Positions 29,570 to 41,313 are shown, numbered from the stretch's first letter. The stretch is DNA of 64,000 nt from an uncultured Gammaproteobacteria bacterium (GCA_963773065.1 CAVYZN010000005.1:106273-170272), one strand, 5' to 3'. Made by a program: numbers and translations. Notes: generated from the letters alone by a model not told the origin.

Positions 29570-32500
29570 CTACCGCTTTTGCTCCTTCTCATTTTCAGCC
29601 TCGATCTTTTTCGCGAGTTTCACGCAACCACCGCCCTGATTGTCATGATCATCAAGGCTCGCCCATAACTTTTCACCCAGGATTGCAGGTAGTGCCACCA
29701 TGGGCATCACGGGCATCAGCACCAGGGAACCCAGGCTGGTGACCGCCGCCTTGACGGGCAGCGCCGTGACCGCGGGGTCGCGTATCGGCCCTTTGATATG
29801 GACCGGAGCCAGTTCCGAGAACAGACGCTTTTTCTGTTTCGGCAACAGCGTCATGTCCAGCGTTTCGTCCCCGAGATCCAGCGTAGCCGTCCCCGTGAGA
29901 GTCAAGGTCGGGCCATCCGCCGCCAGCAGATTGCTGGTAGCGACGCCATCACGGATATCAAACGCCGCCATGACACAGTCCAATTGGCATAAGGGTCTCT
30001 GCGCGTGGTCGCACTCACCACCCAGCCAAACACATCGAGGGCGAGGTACTCCACGTATTTACGCGGCACCCTGGCATTCTCCAGTCCGAGGCTGAATTTT
30101 CCGTCAAGACTGGATAGCAGCGCATGCGGGGTATCGCCGCCGGCGCTGACATCAATCTGCAGATTCACATAGCCCTCCACCGGCACTTCCTTCTGGAGCT
30201 GCGCCAGCACCGGCCCCAGCATCAGGTCATTACCGGTCACCTTGAGGGAAATAACGGGCCTTTGCCGCGCATCGATCTCCAGGTCCAGTGTCGATGGGCC
30301 ACCCTCGAATTCCAGCTTCACGGGTGATGCGCGCAGCACCCCGTTTGCCAGATTGATCCTGGCATCCAGACGCTCGAATCTAAGCTCCGTGCCCGCGACG
30401 GCGTGCACGGTGACGGTCAGGTCCAGATCCAGGGTCTGTAACGGCTTCAGATTCAGTGGCCGTCGGCTGAACAGGAATTTTTTCCCCGCAGGTTCCGCGG
30501 GAACGCCGGCGGTGTTAACGTTATCCGCCCGTTTACCCAAGCCAAAATCCCCGAGATGCATTACCGGAATGTCGAGAGTGCCCGTGAGTCTGGGCTTGTC
30601 TCCCGCCAGTGATCCGGTCACCCGGGTTGCACTCGTGGTGGCGCCCACGGTGTTGCTTGCTTCATAGTCCAGATATCCCTTGCTGATCCTGAGATGTCCC
30701 TGACCTCTATAGGGGGAGAAGCCGGACAAGCCGAACCCCAGCGCCTTGCCGAGCGCGGGTACGTCAGCAATTTCCAGCATTGTGCTGACCTGCCCCTGGT
30801 CTCGATTGAGCAGGTCGTCAAGAACGCCCGCCGCCTTGAGCTGAAACAGCCCAGTCTGAGCCGAGACTATAGAGAATTTATCCAGTCCCCAGCTACCGTC
30901 GACGTCCGACGCCGTCACACTGCCCTCCAACCGGCCGAGGTCATCTGACGGCGGCTCTTGGTAAAAAGCGGCGATCAGGCCGGCGGTGGCGACATCAAAC
31001 CCGAGATCCATGGTGGTGCTGCGTCGTCTGAATTCCGTGCGTATCGTTCCGTTTGCCCGCAGGGTGGGTTGAGCCGGGTTGCCGGTGTACAGTTTCAATG
31101 ATTCGATCGACACGCTGGACATACCGCCCCTCACCCGCGCCCAGGCTTGAACCGCGCCCAGCTCCGGCAGCTTGAGGTTGAAATACTTGTTCAGGTAAGT
31201 GCTTTTTGCCGCCTGGAGATCCAGTGCAAGGTTGAATCCGGACGCTTTCGCCGTACGGGAAAACGGTATGACATCGACCACACCCTTTGCCGTCACGCGT
31301 AGCTGTTCGGGTCTGCCGATATTCAGGTTAAGGTCATTGAGGCTGATGCCATCCCGATAAGGGACCAGCCGGGCGGTCGCCTTGACGCGTCCGAGTTCCG
31401 GGATGTCATTACTGTCCTGTGCGATCAGGGTGGTCAGCGCCCTGGTGGTGGGTGAGTCAAGCGAGAGTTTCAGCTCAGTGGGTCGTGCAGGGCGTTTTTG
31501 AATCGTTCTGTGGATATCCGCACTCCCGCTGAGGTCGATTTCGATACCCGAACGGGTCGTTGCCTTTGCCTTGAGATCCTCGACCCGGTATTGGCCGTCC
31601 CTGGCGCGTACCGTCCCTTCGGCCGCGAGTGTTTTCAGTTTGTTGTGTTGGTCGAACAGCAGCCAGGATGTCACGGCGGGATTGCTGGATTGGCCGCTGA
31701 CCCGCAGTTCCAGTTGCTCCATGGTCAGGAGATCCTCTATCTCCCCGGTCACGCTCAGATCGAGTTCGCCGGGGCGCTGCAGGCGGGCGCTGATTTGCTC
31801 CAATCGCGGCCTGTCATAATCGCCACGCAACCGCATCTGCGCACTCACCGCGCCCAGGGCCGGCGCCCTGTCATTCCAGAGCCTGAGCGTCTTGGAAAGT
31901 TCAGGGTCAGTGAGGGTCAGGTGACAGGTCGAGGCCTGCACCTTCGAGAGGCCGGGTTATCTGGCCATCGAGATGGGACTCCAGCGTGCCACTCGTGATG
32001 TCCAGACGCACCGAATACGGTTGTTCGGCCTGGATGAGCTGTACCAGGGAATCCAGACGGCCATTGATGCTGAAGTGGCGGTCCTCGATCAGGCCATCAC
32101 CCTGAATACCGAGCGGCCCGCTGTTGTTGACGTCATCGACGATCAGTTCAAGCAGGGCGAGCGTGTGTGATTTGTCGGGGTCCGATTCGCGATAGATCGA
32201 AATACAGGTTATGCAGTCTGGCTTCTTCGATGACAAAGGTCGGGAATGAAATGCCGCTGAAGTTAATTCCGCCATCATTCGCTCCCTCCCGCACTTCCAG
32301 GTGTACATCGCCGAGCGTCAGATGCCTTACCCACAGAATTCCGCTCAACAGTGAGTCGAGCCGGACACGCGTTTGGAACTCACCGATCCCTAAGGTATAG
32401 CTGCCATCGTTCGCCCGCAGGCTGACCTCACCGGCTGACAGCGACGCCTCCCTGGCCAGGTGCAGCGCAAACGCTCCCTTGATCTGCAGGCTGGCATCCA

Positions 32501-32636
32501 GGAATTTATCGGCCGCCCACACCAGGGCAGCGCGGTAGTCCTCGTCATCGAGGACCAACAGCGCACCGCCCACCATCACGGCCAGGCCCGACACCATGCC
32601 GAGCAGGCCCACTACCAGGCGTAACAACCACCTCAT
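29570..32636 (-). CDS. AsmA-family protein (at least 2-3 frameshifts)
   Basis: N-terminal TM, repeated beta segments, LLSSLDGKFSL, C-terminal DCVMAAFDIRDGVA...LTGTATLDLGDETLD...PVHIKGPIRDP. Confidence 0.75.
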
Positions 32637-32986
32637 GTGGGTTCCTTTTTTGTTATCCGTACCCATCTGGTCACGTTACCTGCTTCGCTCGCCAATCTAC
32701 CTGTTATGCCGCGGCTGCCGGAGAGCCATCGTGCACTCATCCGCCATTCATTCCGGAAGCCGCAGCCATTATCTCCTTACCGCGGCAATCTGCCTACCGT
32801 TCCCACCGCAGTGCTGTCAACCGCGTCAAGGAGAATGCTACGGACCATGGACCAGCATCGCTTACACGGTAAACAGTGTGACATTGACAACCCCGATTGA
32901 AAGGCCAAAGATTCGGGCATCACAAGTATTCCGGGACGCACAGCCGGCATCACCGACCACCCTTACCCACACACCCGGGCAGGTCA

Positions 32987-34804
32987 ATGAATAATCCAGA
33001 CCCCCTGCCCCCGCTGCTCGCTTATGATGGCGACTGCGGGTTTTGTGCCTACTGGGTGCGCTACTGGCAGCGCCTCACCGGCGCTCGCGTGCGCTACGCG
33101 CCGTTCCAGGAGGTGGTCGCCGATCACCCCGAGGTGCCGGCTGAGGCGTTCGTCCGCGCCATCCAGCTCTTCGATCCGGACGGAACACGTTACAGCGCCG
33201 CGGAGGCGGCGTTCCGGGTGCTGGCACGGGCGCCCGGCAGGGGCGCGGGCCTGTGGCTGTATCGCCGCTTGCCGGGATTCGCCTGGCTGGCGGAGCACGC
33301 CTATGCCTTGATCGCACGCCACCGCAGCGCGGCCTACCGTTGTTCGCGGCTGCTGTGGGGCGAGGAGCGCCACCCGCCGACCTATCGCCTGGTGAGCTGG
33401 CTGTTCCTGCGTCTGCTTAGTCTGGTATACCTCGCGGGATTCGTGTCGATTGCCAGCCAGATCCTGGGGTTGGTCGGCAGTGACGGCATCCTGCCGCTGC
33501 CGCGCTATTTGAGCGTGATGGCCGCACTGTATGGCCCGGAGCGCTACTGGTTCGTGCCGACGCTGTTCTGGATCAACGACTCGGACACGGCGCTGATAGC
33601 CGGCTGCCTCATGGGAGCCGCCGCGTCCCTGCTCGTCCTGCTCGACGTGCTGACACGGCCGATGCTGGTGTTCGCGTATGTGCTGTATCTGTCGCTGTGG
33701 TTAGCCCTGCCGGTGTTCGGCTATATCCAGTCCGATGCCCTGCTGCTCGAGGTGGGGTTCCTCGCGATCTTCCTCACCGGCGGCTCGCGCATCGTCATCT
33801 GGCTGTACCGCTGGCTGCTGTTCCGTTTCATGCTGTTCTCCGGCCTGATCAAGCTGCTCACCCACGATCAGAACTGGGCACACCTCACGGCGCTCGACTT
33901 CCATTACGAGACGCAGCCCCTGCCGACGCCGCTGGCCTGGTATGCGCATCAGTTACCCGAGTGGTTCCAGCAACTCTCGGTGCTGGCGATGTTCGGGATC
34001 GAAGTGGGGCTGCCGTGGCTGATTTTCATGCCGCGGCGCCTGCGTATTGTAGCGGCCGGGGGCTTTCTCGTGCTGCAGATCGCCATCTCGCTGACCGGCA
34101 ACTACCACTTCCTGAACCTGCTCACGATATTCCTGTGCCTGTTCCTGTTCGAAGACCGGCCGCTCGCCGAACGGGTGCCATCATGGTTGGCGGCACGTGC
34201 GCATTACCGCTTTCCCGCACCGGGCCGCCTGGCGACGGCCGGCGCCGCCGCACTGGCGGCAATTCTGGTGGTGTCCAGTCTCACGCAGACCTGGGAGCGG
34301 CTCGAACGGAGAACCCCGCCCGAACCGCTCGCGACGCTTGCGACGACGGCATCACGTTTCGGCGTGTCAAATTTTTACGGGTTCTTCGGCGTGATGAGTA
34401 CCACGCGACGCGAGATCGTCGTGGAGGGCTCCATGGATGGCGAACTCTGGCACGCCTACGAGTTCCGGTACAAGCCCGGTGACGTGCGCCGCTGCCTGCG
34501 CTGGAGCGTCCCTCACCAGCCGCGCCTCGACTGGGAAATGTGGTTCGCCGCCGGTGAGTCTCCCGACCAGAACCCCTGGTTCGGAGATCTGCTGCACAAG
34601 CTCCTGGAGGGTTCTCCGCGGGTGCTGGAGCTGCTCGCCTCCAATCCGTTTCCGGATCATCCTCCGACCTATGTGCGCGGCATGTTGTATCGCTACCGTT
34701 TCACCACCCGCGGGGAAAGGGCCGCGACGGGCGACTGCTGGGTACGCGAGCCGCTGCATCCCTATACTCCGCCGCTGCGCCTCGACAGTTGGGCGCTTCC
34801 CTGA
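32987..34804 (+). CDS. DCC1-like thiol-disulfide oxidoreductase (DUF393) fused to lipase maturation factor (LMF) domain
   Basis: YDGDCGFC; LMF motifs LLLEVGFL, HYETQPLPTP, TGNYHFLN, YEFRYKPG, PHQPRLDWEMWF. Confidence 0.9.
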   Translation: MNNPDPLPPLLAYDGDCGFCAYWVRYWQRLTGARVRYAPFQEVVADHPEVPAEAFVRAIQLFDPDGTRYSAAEAAFRVLARAPGRGAGLWLYRRLPGFAWLAEHAYALIARHRSAAYRCSRLLWGEERHPPTYRLVSWLFLRLLSLVYLAGFVSIASQILGLVGSDGILPLPRYLSVMAALYGPERYWFVPTLFWINDSDTALIAGCLMGAAASLLVLLDVLTRPMLVFAYVLYLSLWLALPVFGYIQSDALLLEVGFLAIFLTGGSRIVIWLYRWLLFRFMLFSGLIKLLTHDQNWAHLTALDFHYETQPLPTPLAWYAHQLPEWFQQLSVLAMFGIEVGLPWLIFMPRRLRIVAAGGFLVLQIAISLTGNYHFLNLLTIFLCLFLFEDRPLAERVPSWLAARAHYRFPAPGRLATAGAAALAAILVVSSLTQTWERLERRTPPEPLATLATTASRFGVSNFYGFFGVMSTTRREIVVEGSMDGELWHAYEFRYKPGDVRRCLRWSVPHQPRLDWEMWFAAGESPDQNPWFGDLLHKLLEGSPRVLELLASNPFPDHPPTYVRGMLYRYRFTTRGERAATGDCWVREPLHPYTPPLRLDSWALP

Positions 34805-34949
34805 GCGGTGAGCGTACCGGTCAGGCCGGCGCATGCCCGGTGCAGTGATGGCCATCCGCCGATGTGAGACGGTATCCTATTCAGGCAGCGTGCAAGGGAG
34901 CTTCACGGTGCGCGCGCAAACGAGGACCGCCGGGTAATCCGAGTAGACC

Positions 34950-36767
34950 ATGCTTTCCATGAAAAACACCCCGCCAGGGGGTGGGACTCCTGCCCGGTGT
35001 CCCCCAGCCCCGTTGCTGCGCTTCCTGCTCGTGCTCATCGCCTGTGCCACGCCGGCCTTGCATGCCGGAGTAAGCTTCCAGTTGAATGCACAGGACACCC
35101 AGTGGCTGTTATCCCATCCCAGCGTGATGCGCCGCGGCGCCGATTCCTCCTGGCCGCCGTTTGAATTCGTGGACAGCGCGGGCGCCTATGCCGGCATGTG
35201 CCAGGACTATGCCGATCTGGTCGCCAAACGGCTGCATCTCGTGTTCGATGTTATCCCCGGCCTGGGCTGGAACGAGGTCCTGGCGCGGCTTAAGTCGCGC
35301 GACCTGGATGTGATCACCTGTCTGCTGGAGACGCCGGAACGGGACGGCTACATGGCGTTCAGCAAACCGTTCACGAACATACCCTCGGTCATCTTTACGC
35401 GCTCGGATTACCCCTACATCAACGGCCTGCAAAACCTGCTGGGAAAGAAAGTGGCGATGGTGCAGGGCTACGCCGTCACTGATTTTCTGACCAGGGAATA
35501 CCCGGAAGTCACGCCCGTCTTCGTTGCCACCCCGCTCGATGCGCTGCAGGCCGTGTCCCTGGGCAATGCCGATGCCTTCGTGGAAACACTCGCGGTGGGC
35601 GTCTATTTCATCCACAAGCAAGGCCTGGCAAACATCAAGGTCGCGGCACCGGCCAAGGTTCCGGCGGTGGAGATCCGTTTCGGCCTGCGCAAGGATTGGC
35701 AGCCATTGGCGGCGATCATCGACCAGGTGCTGGACACGATCACACCGCAGGAACACACCGACATCCTGCAGCGCTGGGTTACCGTCGAGTATGACCCGGT
35801 CATCGATTACTCGCTGTTGTGGAAGGTCGGCGGCACGCTGAGCGTGCTGCTGGCGCTTGCCGGCCTGTGGATCCGGCAAGTGCATAAACAGAAACTCGCG
35901 CTGCAGGCGAGCGAGGCGCGGCTGATCGCCCAGCACGATGCGCTCAAACAACTGACGGAGGACCTCGAGACCTACAGCAAACGCATCGCCAATGAATTGA
36001 ACATGGCCCGTGAAACCCAGGCGGTGCTGTTGCCGGACATGACCACATTGCGCGCGATCTCCGATCTGCACGGCCTGCATGTGGATTCCCGCTTCAAGCC
36101 GAGCTCCGAGCTGGGCGGCGACTTCTGGGGGCTGAAAAGCGTCGATGAGCACCGGGTCGCCATCCTGATGGTGGATTTCTCCGGCCACGGCATCAACGCG
36201 GCCCTGAACACCTTCAGACTGCACGCCCTGCTGGAGAGTGAAAAATACCTGGAACACAACCCCGCGGCCTATCTCAACAGCATGAACGCGCGGCTGTCCC
36301 CGCTGCTGCCGGCGGGACAGTATGCCACCATGTTCTACGGCGTCATCGATCATGCGAGGGACCTGCTGACCTATGCGGGCGCGGCAACGCCCAGCCCGCT
36401 GGTATTTCCACCGGACCGCGACAAGCCATTGATCGGCAGCGGTGTAGGTTTCCCGCTCGGTATGTTCGATGATTCCCGCTATGAGAACCGTGAGATGCCG
36501 TTTCCGCTGGGCGCCTCACTGCTGCTCTACAGCGACGCGGTGACCGAGGGCAAGACGCGGCGGGGAGAACGACTGGGAGAAACTGGACTGATCGATATGG
36601 CCAGTAAATGCCTCAGAACCACCCAGCGTGAAACACTGGTCGTGGCGTTGACGGGAGAACTGGATGAAATCCTCAACCAGCCACTGGCGGACGACTTGAC
36701 CATCGTGTGCGCCACCCGCTCGGTCGGCTTCACCCTGCCGTTACCGGGGATGATGGATATGAAGTGA
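34950..36767 (+). CDS. periplasmic solute-binding (SBP_bac_3) sensor fused to SpoIIE/PP2C phosphatase
   Basis: WPPFEF, SLGNADAF binding domain; TM; ELGGDFW, VDFSGHG, LLYSDAVTE, DDLTIV. Confidence 0.85.
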   Translation: MLSMKNTPPGGGTPARCPPAPLLRFLLVLIACATPALHAGVSFQLNAQDTQWLLSHPSVMRRGADSSWPPFEFVDSAGAYAGMCQDYADLVAKRLHLVFDVIPGLGWNEVLARLKSRDLDVITCLLETPERDGYMAFSKPFTNIPSVIFTRSDYPYINGLQNLLGKKVAMVQGYAVTDFLTREYPEVTPVFVATPLDALQAVSLGNADAFVETLAVGVYFIHKQGLANIKVAAPAKVPAVEIRFGLRKDWQPLAAIIDQVLDTITPQEHTDILQRWVTVEYDPVIDYSLLWKVGGTLSVLLALAGLWIRQVHKQKLALQASEARLIAQHDALKQLTEDLETYSKRIANELNMARETQAVLLPDMTTLRAISDLHGLHVDSRFKPSSELGGDFWGLKSVDEHRVAILMVDFSGHGINAALNTFRLHALLESEKYLEHNPAAYLNSMNARLSPLLPAGQYATMFYGVIDHARDLLTYAGAATPSPLVFPPDRDKPLIGSGVGFPLGMFDDSRYENREMPFPLGASLLLYSDAVTEGKTRRGERLGETGLIDMASKCLRTTQRETLVVALTGELDEILNQPLADDLTIVCATRSVGFTLPLPGMMDMK

Positions 36768-36879
36768 ACCATGACATCGGGGCAGCAGGCTGGATCGGGT
36801 TGCATCGTTAATTATGAAGTGCGGCTATACTTGCGGATGACATTGAATCGATTTTAAGGAATCCATAAAACGCAAGCCG

Positions 36880-38034
36880 ATGGCAATTCCTGCGGACACG
36901 GACACCCAACAGGCGAGCGTGGGCTACAGCCGGCCGGCGGCTGACTGCCTGCTGATACAGCTTGCCGGCGGCTGGACGCTCAAGGGGGGGATTCCCGACA
37001 TCGACGAATTCAGCCGGCAGATCGCCGGCAACGCGAATATCCGTCACATCCGTTTCGACGGCCGCGGCATCACCCAATGGGACACCTGTCTGCTGGCCTT
37101 CCTTACCCGTATCATCGAGCAGGCCAAACAACGGGAAATGGCGCCGGACCTTGGCGGCCTGCCCGAAGGGGTACACCGCCTGCTTGATCTGGCCGCGGCG
37201 GTCCCTCCGAAGCAAGACACGGGCCGCCATCTCGAACCGGCGCCGCTGCTCGCGCGGATCGGCGCCATCACCCTCGATCAACTGCGCGGGGCGCCTGAAA
37301 TGGCGCGCTTCACGGGCGAGATCACGCTGTCCTTTGGCCGGCTGCTGCGCGGCAAGGCGCGCTTCCGCCGCGCGGACCTGATGCTGATCATCCAGGACGT
37401 CGGACCGCAGGCCCTGCCCATTGTTTCCCTGATCAGCTTTCTGGTCGGTCTCATCGTCGCCTACATGGGCGCCGTGCAACTGGCGCAGTTCGGCGCCCAG
37501 ATCTATATCGCGAACCTGGTAAGCATCGGCATGGTCCGCGAAATGGGCGCCCTGATGACCGGCATCATCATGGCCGGTCGCACCGGCGCCGCGTTTGCCG
37601 CCCAGCTCGGCACCATGCAGGTCAACGAGGAAATCGACGCCTTCAGGACGCTCGGCATATCACCCATGGACTTCCTCGTCATGCCGCGCCTGCTCGCGCT
37701 GATTTTCGTCATGCCGCTGCTCACGCTCTATTCGGACCTGGTGGGCATGCTGGCCGGCCTGTTCGTCGCCAACACGGCCTTCGATATCGGCACCTTCGAG
37801 TATTACCACCAGACGGTACACTCCCTGGACTTGACCCAGTTCGCCGTGGGCGTCGGCAAGGGCACGACCTACGGCATCCTGATCGCCTTCGCCGGTTGCC
37901 TGCGCGGCATGCAGTGCGGGCGCAGCGCGCAGGCCGTGGGAGAGGCCACAACCTCCGCCGTGGTCACGAGCATCCTGTTCATCGTCATCGCGGCGTCCGT
38001 GCTCACGATCATTTTTCAGAAACTGGGCATTTGA
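36880..38034 (+). CDS. mlaE: MlaE-type ABC permease with N-terminal STAS-like domain
   Basis: REMGALMTGIIMAGRTGAAFAAQLGTMQVNEEIDA; VGEATTSAVV. Confidence 0.9.
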   Translation: MAIPADTDTQQASVGYSRPAADCLLIQLAGGWTLKGGIPDIDEFSRQIAGNANIRHIRFDGRGITQWDTCLLAFLTRIIEQAKQREMAPDLGGLPEGVHRLLDLAAAVPPKQDTGRHLEPAPLLARIGAITLDQLRGAPEMARFTGEITLSFGRLLRGKARFRRADLMLIIQDVGPQALPIVSLISFLVGLIVAYMGAVQLAQFGAQIYIANLVSIGMVREMGALMTGIIMAGRTGAAFAAQLGTMQVNEEIDAFRTLGISPMDFLVMPRLLALIFVMPLLTLYSDLVGMLAGLFVANTAFDIGTFEYYHQTVHSLDLTQFAVGVGKGTTYGILIAFAGCLRGMQCGRSAQAVGEATTSAVVTSILFIVIAASVLTIIFQKLGI

Positions 38035-38035
38035 C

Positions 38036-38812
38036 ATGGGCCCTGTCGTTAATCAGCCCATCCCGCCCGAAGCGCATATCACGGTGCGGGACCTCACCAT
38101 GGCCTATGGCGACTTTGTCATCCAGCATGATCTGAACTTCACCGTGCGCCGCGGTGACATTTTCATCATCATGGGCGGTAGCGGCTGCGGCAAGAGCACC
38201 CTGCTGCGCCACCTCGTCGGCCTCAAGCCGCCGGCCAAGGGGCAGGTGTACTTCGACGGACTCAGCTTCTGGGAAGCCGAACCGCAGGAACAGGAGTCCA
38301 TCAAGCGCGGCTTCGGCATGCTGTTTCAGAGCGGCGCGCTGTGGAGTTCGCTGACTCTGGCGGAAAACGTCGCGCTGCCGCTGGGTGAATACACGGACCT
38401 CAACCCCGCCGAGATCGGCGAGGTCGTGTCGCTCAAGCTGGCGCTGGTCGGCCTCGCCGGATTCGAGGAGTTCTATCCCGCCGAGATCAGCGGCGGCATG
38501 CAGAAGCGGGCCGGGCTGGCGCGCGCCATGGCGCTGGATCCCGATGTCCTGTTTTTCGACGAGCCTTCGGCGGGACTCGATCCCATCAGCTCCCGGCGAC
38601 TCGATGATCTGATCCTGGAACTGCGCGCAAGCCTGGGCGCCACGATCGTCGTGGTGTCCCACGAACTTGCCAGCATCTTCACCATAGGCAACAACTCGGT
38701 ATTTCTCGATCCCGAGACCAGGACCATGATCGCCAGCGGCGACCCGAACAAACTGCGCCAGGAATGCCCCGACCCCAAGGTGCGCAGTTTTCTCAATCGA
38801 GGTGAAACATGA
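38036..38812 (+). CDS. mlaF: MlaF-type ABC ATPase
   Basis: GGSGCGKS, LFQSGAL, ISGGMQKR, FFDEPSAGLDP, SHEL. Confidence 0.92.
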   Translation: MGPVVNQPIPPEAHITVRDLTMAYGDFVIQHDLNFTVRRGDIFIIMGGSGCGKSTLLRHLVGLKPPAKGQVYFDGLSFWEAEPQEQESIKRGFGMLFQSGALWSSLTLAENVALPLGEYTDLNPAEIGEVVSLKLALVGLAGFEEFYPAEISGGMQKRAGLARAMALDPDVLFFDEPSAGLDPISSRRLDDLILELRASLGATIVVVSHELASIFTIGNNSVFLDPETRTMIASGDPNKLRQECPDPKVRSFLNRGET

Positions 38813-39789
38813 GCAAACGCGCAAATCCAACGGTTATCGGCGCCTTTGTCATCGGCGCCTTTGTCCTTGCCGTCGCGGCGGTCCTGCTGCTCAGCAGCGG
38901 CGGGCTGTTCGTGGAAAAACCGCGCTTCGTGCTGTATTTCAAGGAATCGGTCAAGGGATTGGATGTCGGCTCGCCGGTTAATTTCCGCGGCGTCAATGTC
39001 GGCACGGTAACCAACATCCAGTTGATCATGGGCGTATCCGAGTCGGACATCAGGATACCGGTCATAATCGAAATCAATCCCGCGAACTTCCTTCGAAGTG
39101 AGCAGATGGTCAAACAGATGACCGGCGGCACAAACGAGAAACTCGCTAAACTGATCGATGCCGGCCTGCGCGCGCAGCTTCAGTTGCAGAGCCTGCTGAC
39201 CGGTCAACTGTTTATCCAACTGGATTTCAATCCCGGCACGCCGGTGGAGCTGGTAGGTGACGAGAGATACCCGGAGATTCCGACGGTTCCCACACCCACA
39301 GAAAAGATCACGAGGAAACTGGAGGACTTTCCGGTTGACAAGGTCATGAATAATATTCTTGCCACATCGGAAGGCCTCACCAAGCTGGTCAACTCACCGG
39401 AACTCCATCAATCTCTCCTCTCTCTCAACGAGACCCTGGAGAACATCGACCGGCTCGTGAAGTCGCCGGAACTGCAGAAATCCATTGCGTCGCTGCACGC
39501 CGCGCTCGATGATCTGGGAACGTTCGCGCGTCATGCTGACAATCAGGTTGAGCCGCTGACTGCAAAAATGCATGCCGCACTGGATGCAACCCGCGATGCC
39601 ATGATACAGGCGCGCGACACGCTGGCATCGGCGCAGCACCTGGCGAGCGACGAGAAGCTGCTCTATGCAATCGACAATGCGCTCGCGGAAATCACCAGCG
39701 CCGCGCGCTCGGTGCGCGACCTCACCGATTTCCTCGAACGCCAGCCACAGTCCATTTTGAGGGGCAAGATAATTCCCGGAGGAAATTGA
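38809..39789 (+). CDS. mlaD: MCE/MlaD-domain protein with helical extension
   Basis: N-terminal TM; SVKGLDVGSPVNFRGVNVG; GLRAQLQLQSLLTG; LERQPQSILRG. Confidence 0.88.
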   Translation: MSKRANPTVIGAFVIGAFVLAVAAVLLLSSGGLFVEKPRFVLYFKESVKGLDVGSPVNFRGVNVGTVTNIQLIMGVSESDIRIPVIIEINPANFLRSEQMVKQMTGGTNEKLAKLIDAGLRAQLQLQSLLTGQLFIQLDFNPGTPVELVGDERYPEIPTVPTPTEKITRKLEDFPVDKVMNNILATSEGLTKLVNSPELHQSLLSLNETLENIDRLVKSPELQKSIASLHAALDDLGTFARHADNQVEPLTAKMHAALDATRDAMIQARDTLASAQHLASDEKLLYAIDNALAEITSAARSVRDLTDFLERQPQSILRGKIIPGGN

Positions 39790-40385
39790 TGCGTAACCTG
39801 ATTGCGGTCCACCTTATCGGTGTCGCGCTGGCGGTGCTCGCCGGATGCGCCACTTTTACACCCTCGCGGTTTTATATCCTGAGCCCCGTGCCGGCCGATA
39901 TGGCAGTTCGGGCAACCGGCCGCGAAGCGGCGATCGGCGTCGGCCCAATCAATTTACCGGAGTATCTAAATCGTCCCCAGATCGCCGTGCGCAACGGCGC
40001 CTATGAACTGCTCTACAGCGAGACCCACCGCTGGGCCGAAGCGCTGCAGGCCAACTTCACCGATGTCCTCGCGGAGAACCTGGCGCTGTTAATCCCGACG
40101 AATCAGGTCGCCATCTACCCGTGGGGACGCGCGACGATGATCGACTACCAGGTAATGGCGGAGGTCTCGCGTTTCGATGCCGACGCGAATGGCAACGTGA
40201 CGCTCTCCGCAAGCTGGAAGCTGGTCGGGGGTGAAAACCGGGAAGTCATCGCGATGAAAAAATCGACTTTTACGGAAGCCGCCGGGGGGAGTGATTACGA
40301 GCAGATCGTCGCGGCCCAGAGCCGCGCGCTCGCCGCGCTGAGCCGGGAGATAGCCGGGGCGGTCAGGACGGCGGCCGCCCGCTGA
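39789..40385 (+). CDS. pqiC: PqiC/DUF330 ABC auxiliary lipoprotein
   Basis: Lipobox LAGC; GVGPINLPEYLNRPQI, HRWAEAL. Confidence 0.85.
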   Translation: MRNLIAVHLIGVALAVLAGCATFTPSRFYILSPVPADMAVRATGREAAIGVGPINLPEYLNRPQIAVRNGAYELLYSETHRWAEALQANFTDVLAENLALLIPTNQVAIYPWGRATMIDYQVMAEVSRFDADANGNVTLSASWKLVGGENREVIAMKKSTFTEAAGGSDYEQIVAAQSRALAALSREIAGAVRTAAAR

Positions 40386-40435
40386 GGCCGGAGGCCGCGA
40401 CGCGGAGCGTCATATCGGTTCCAATAAGACCGATG

Positions 40436-40461
40436 AAAAAGGGCCGCCGTGCGGCAGCCCT
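40436..40461 (-). terminator. Rho-independent terminator
   Basis: Minus strand AGGGCTGCCG-CA-CGGCGGCCCT followed by TTTT, after the MipA gene. Confidence 0.65.
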
Positions 40462-40487
40462 CGTTACGGTTGCGCTTGTTTGTGATC

Positions 40488-41313
40488 TCAGAAAGAATAA
40501 GTGACGGCAACCAGCGCCTTGACCTGATTTTCATTCCCCGCCTGCTTGACGAGCGGGCTATCCTCGGCGTCGTTCAGCATACGGGTGTAATTGATGACGC
40601 CTGCCAGCCCCCAGGTCTGGTTGAACTTGTAGAGGCCAATGAGGCTCAGGCCGGTGTCCTTGAAACCGCTGCCGGCCTTGTAGGTCGGAAACCCGCTGCG
40701 CGCCGCATTATTGCCGTCCACGCCGAAATAGGTTTCCATGTAATCGTCGCTGGCCCAGGTCATGTGGGCTCCGAGCGCCAGCTTGAAACGCTCATCGACC
40801 GGAATGGCGTAGTTACCGTTGAGATACCAGACATCGCCGCTGTGTTCATCCGAGACATCCGTGACATAGGTCGTGCTAAGCGACAGGCGATCCGCCTTCC
40901 AGCCCAGAAAGGCGCCCGCTTCCGTGGCCGCATCGACATCCCTCATGCTGGTCGACCCGGTTATTGTCCACATCATTGCGCTCCATGCGGTATTGCAGCA
41001 CCGGGCCCAGCTCCCACCCGGTATCCTTGGTCAGGACGTTCAGCTCGAGACGCGCCGCGCTTTCCGCGTTCGCGGTGCCGCCGAGGGAGATATAGCGGCC
41101 GCTGGCCCAGTTGTAGCGGCCAAACGGCGCTATGGTCCCCTTGTTCGTGTCGGAACCTTCGTAGTCCGGGACCGAGCCCACACCGAGGCCGATGAAGCCG
41201 TTGCCCTGCTGGCCCGCTTCATCCGCAATCTCCGAGTAGGCGAATGCGCTTGAAGTTGCGACTGTGCCGGCCAGCAACAGAATGCCGGCGGTGATTAATT
41301 GCTTCCGCTCCAT
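40488..41313 (-). CDS. MipA/OmpV-family outer membrane protein (frameshift near 40950)
   Basis: Signal peptide; GLGVGSVPDYEGSD; YMETYFGV; DAEDSPLV; terminal YSF. Confidence 0.85.
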
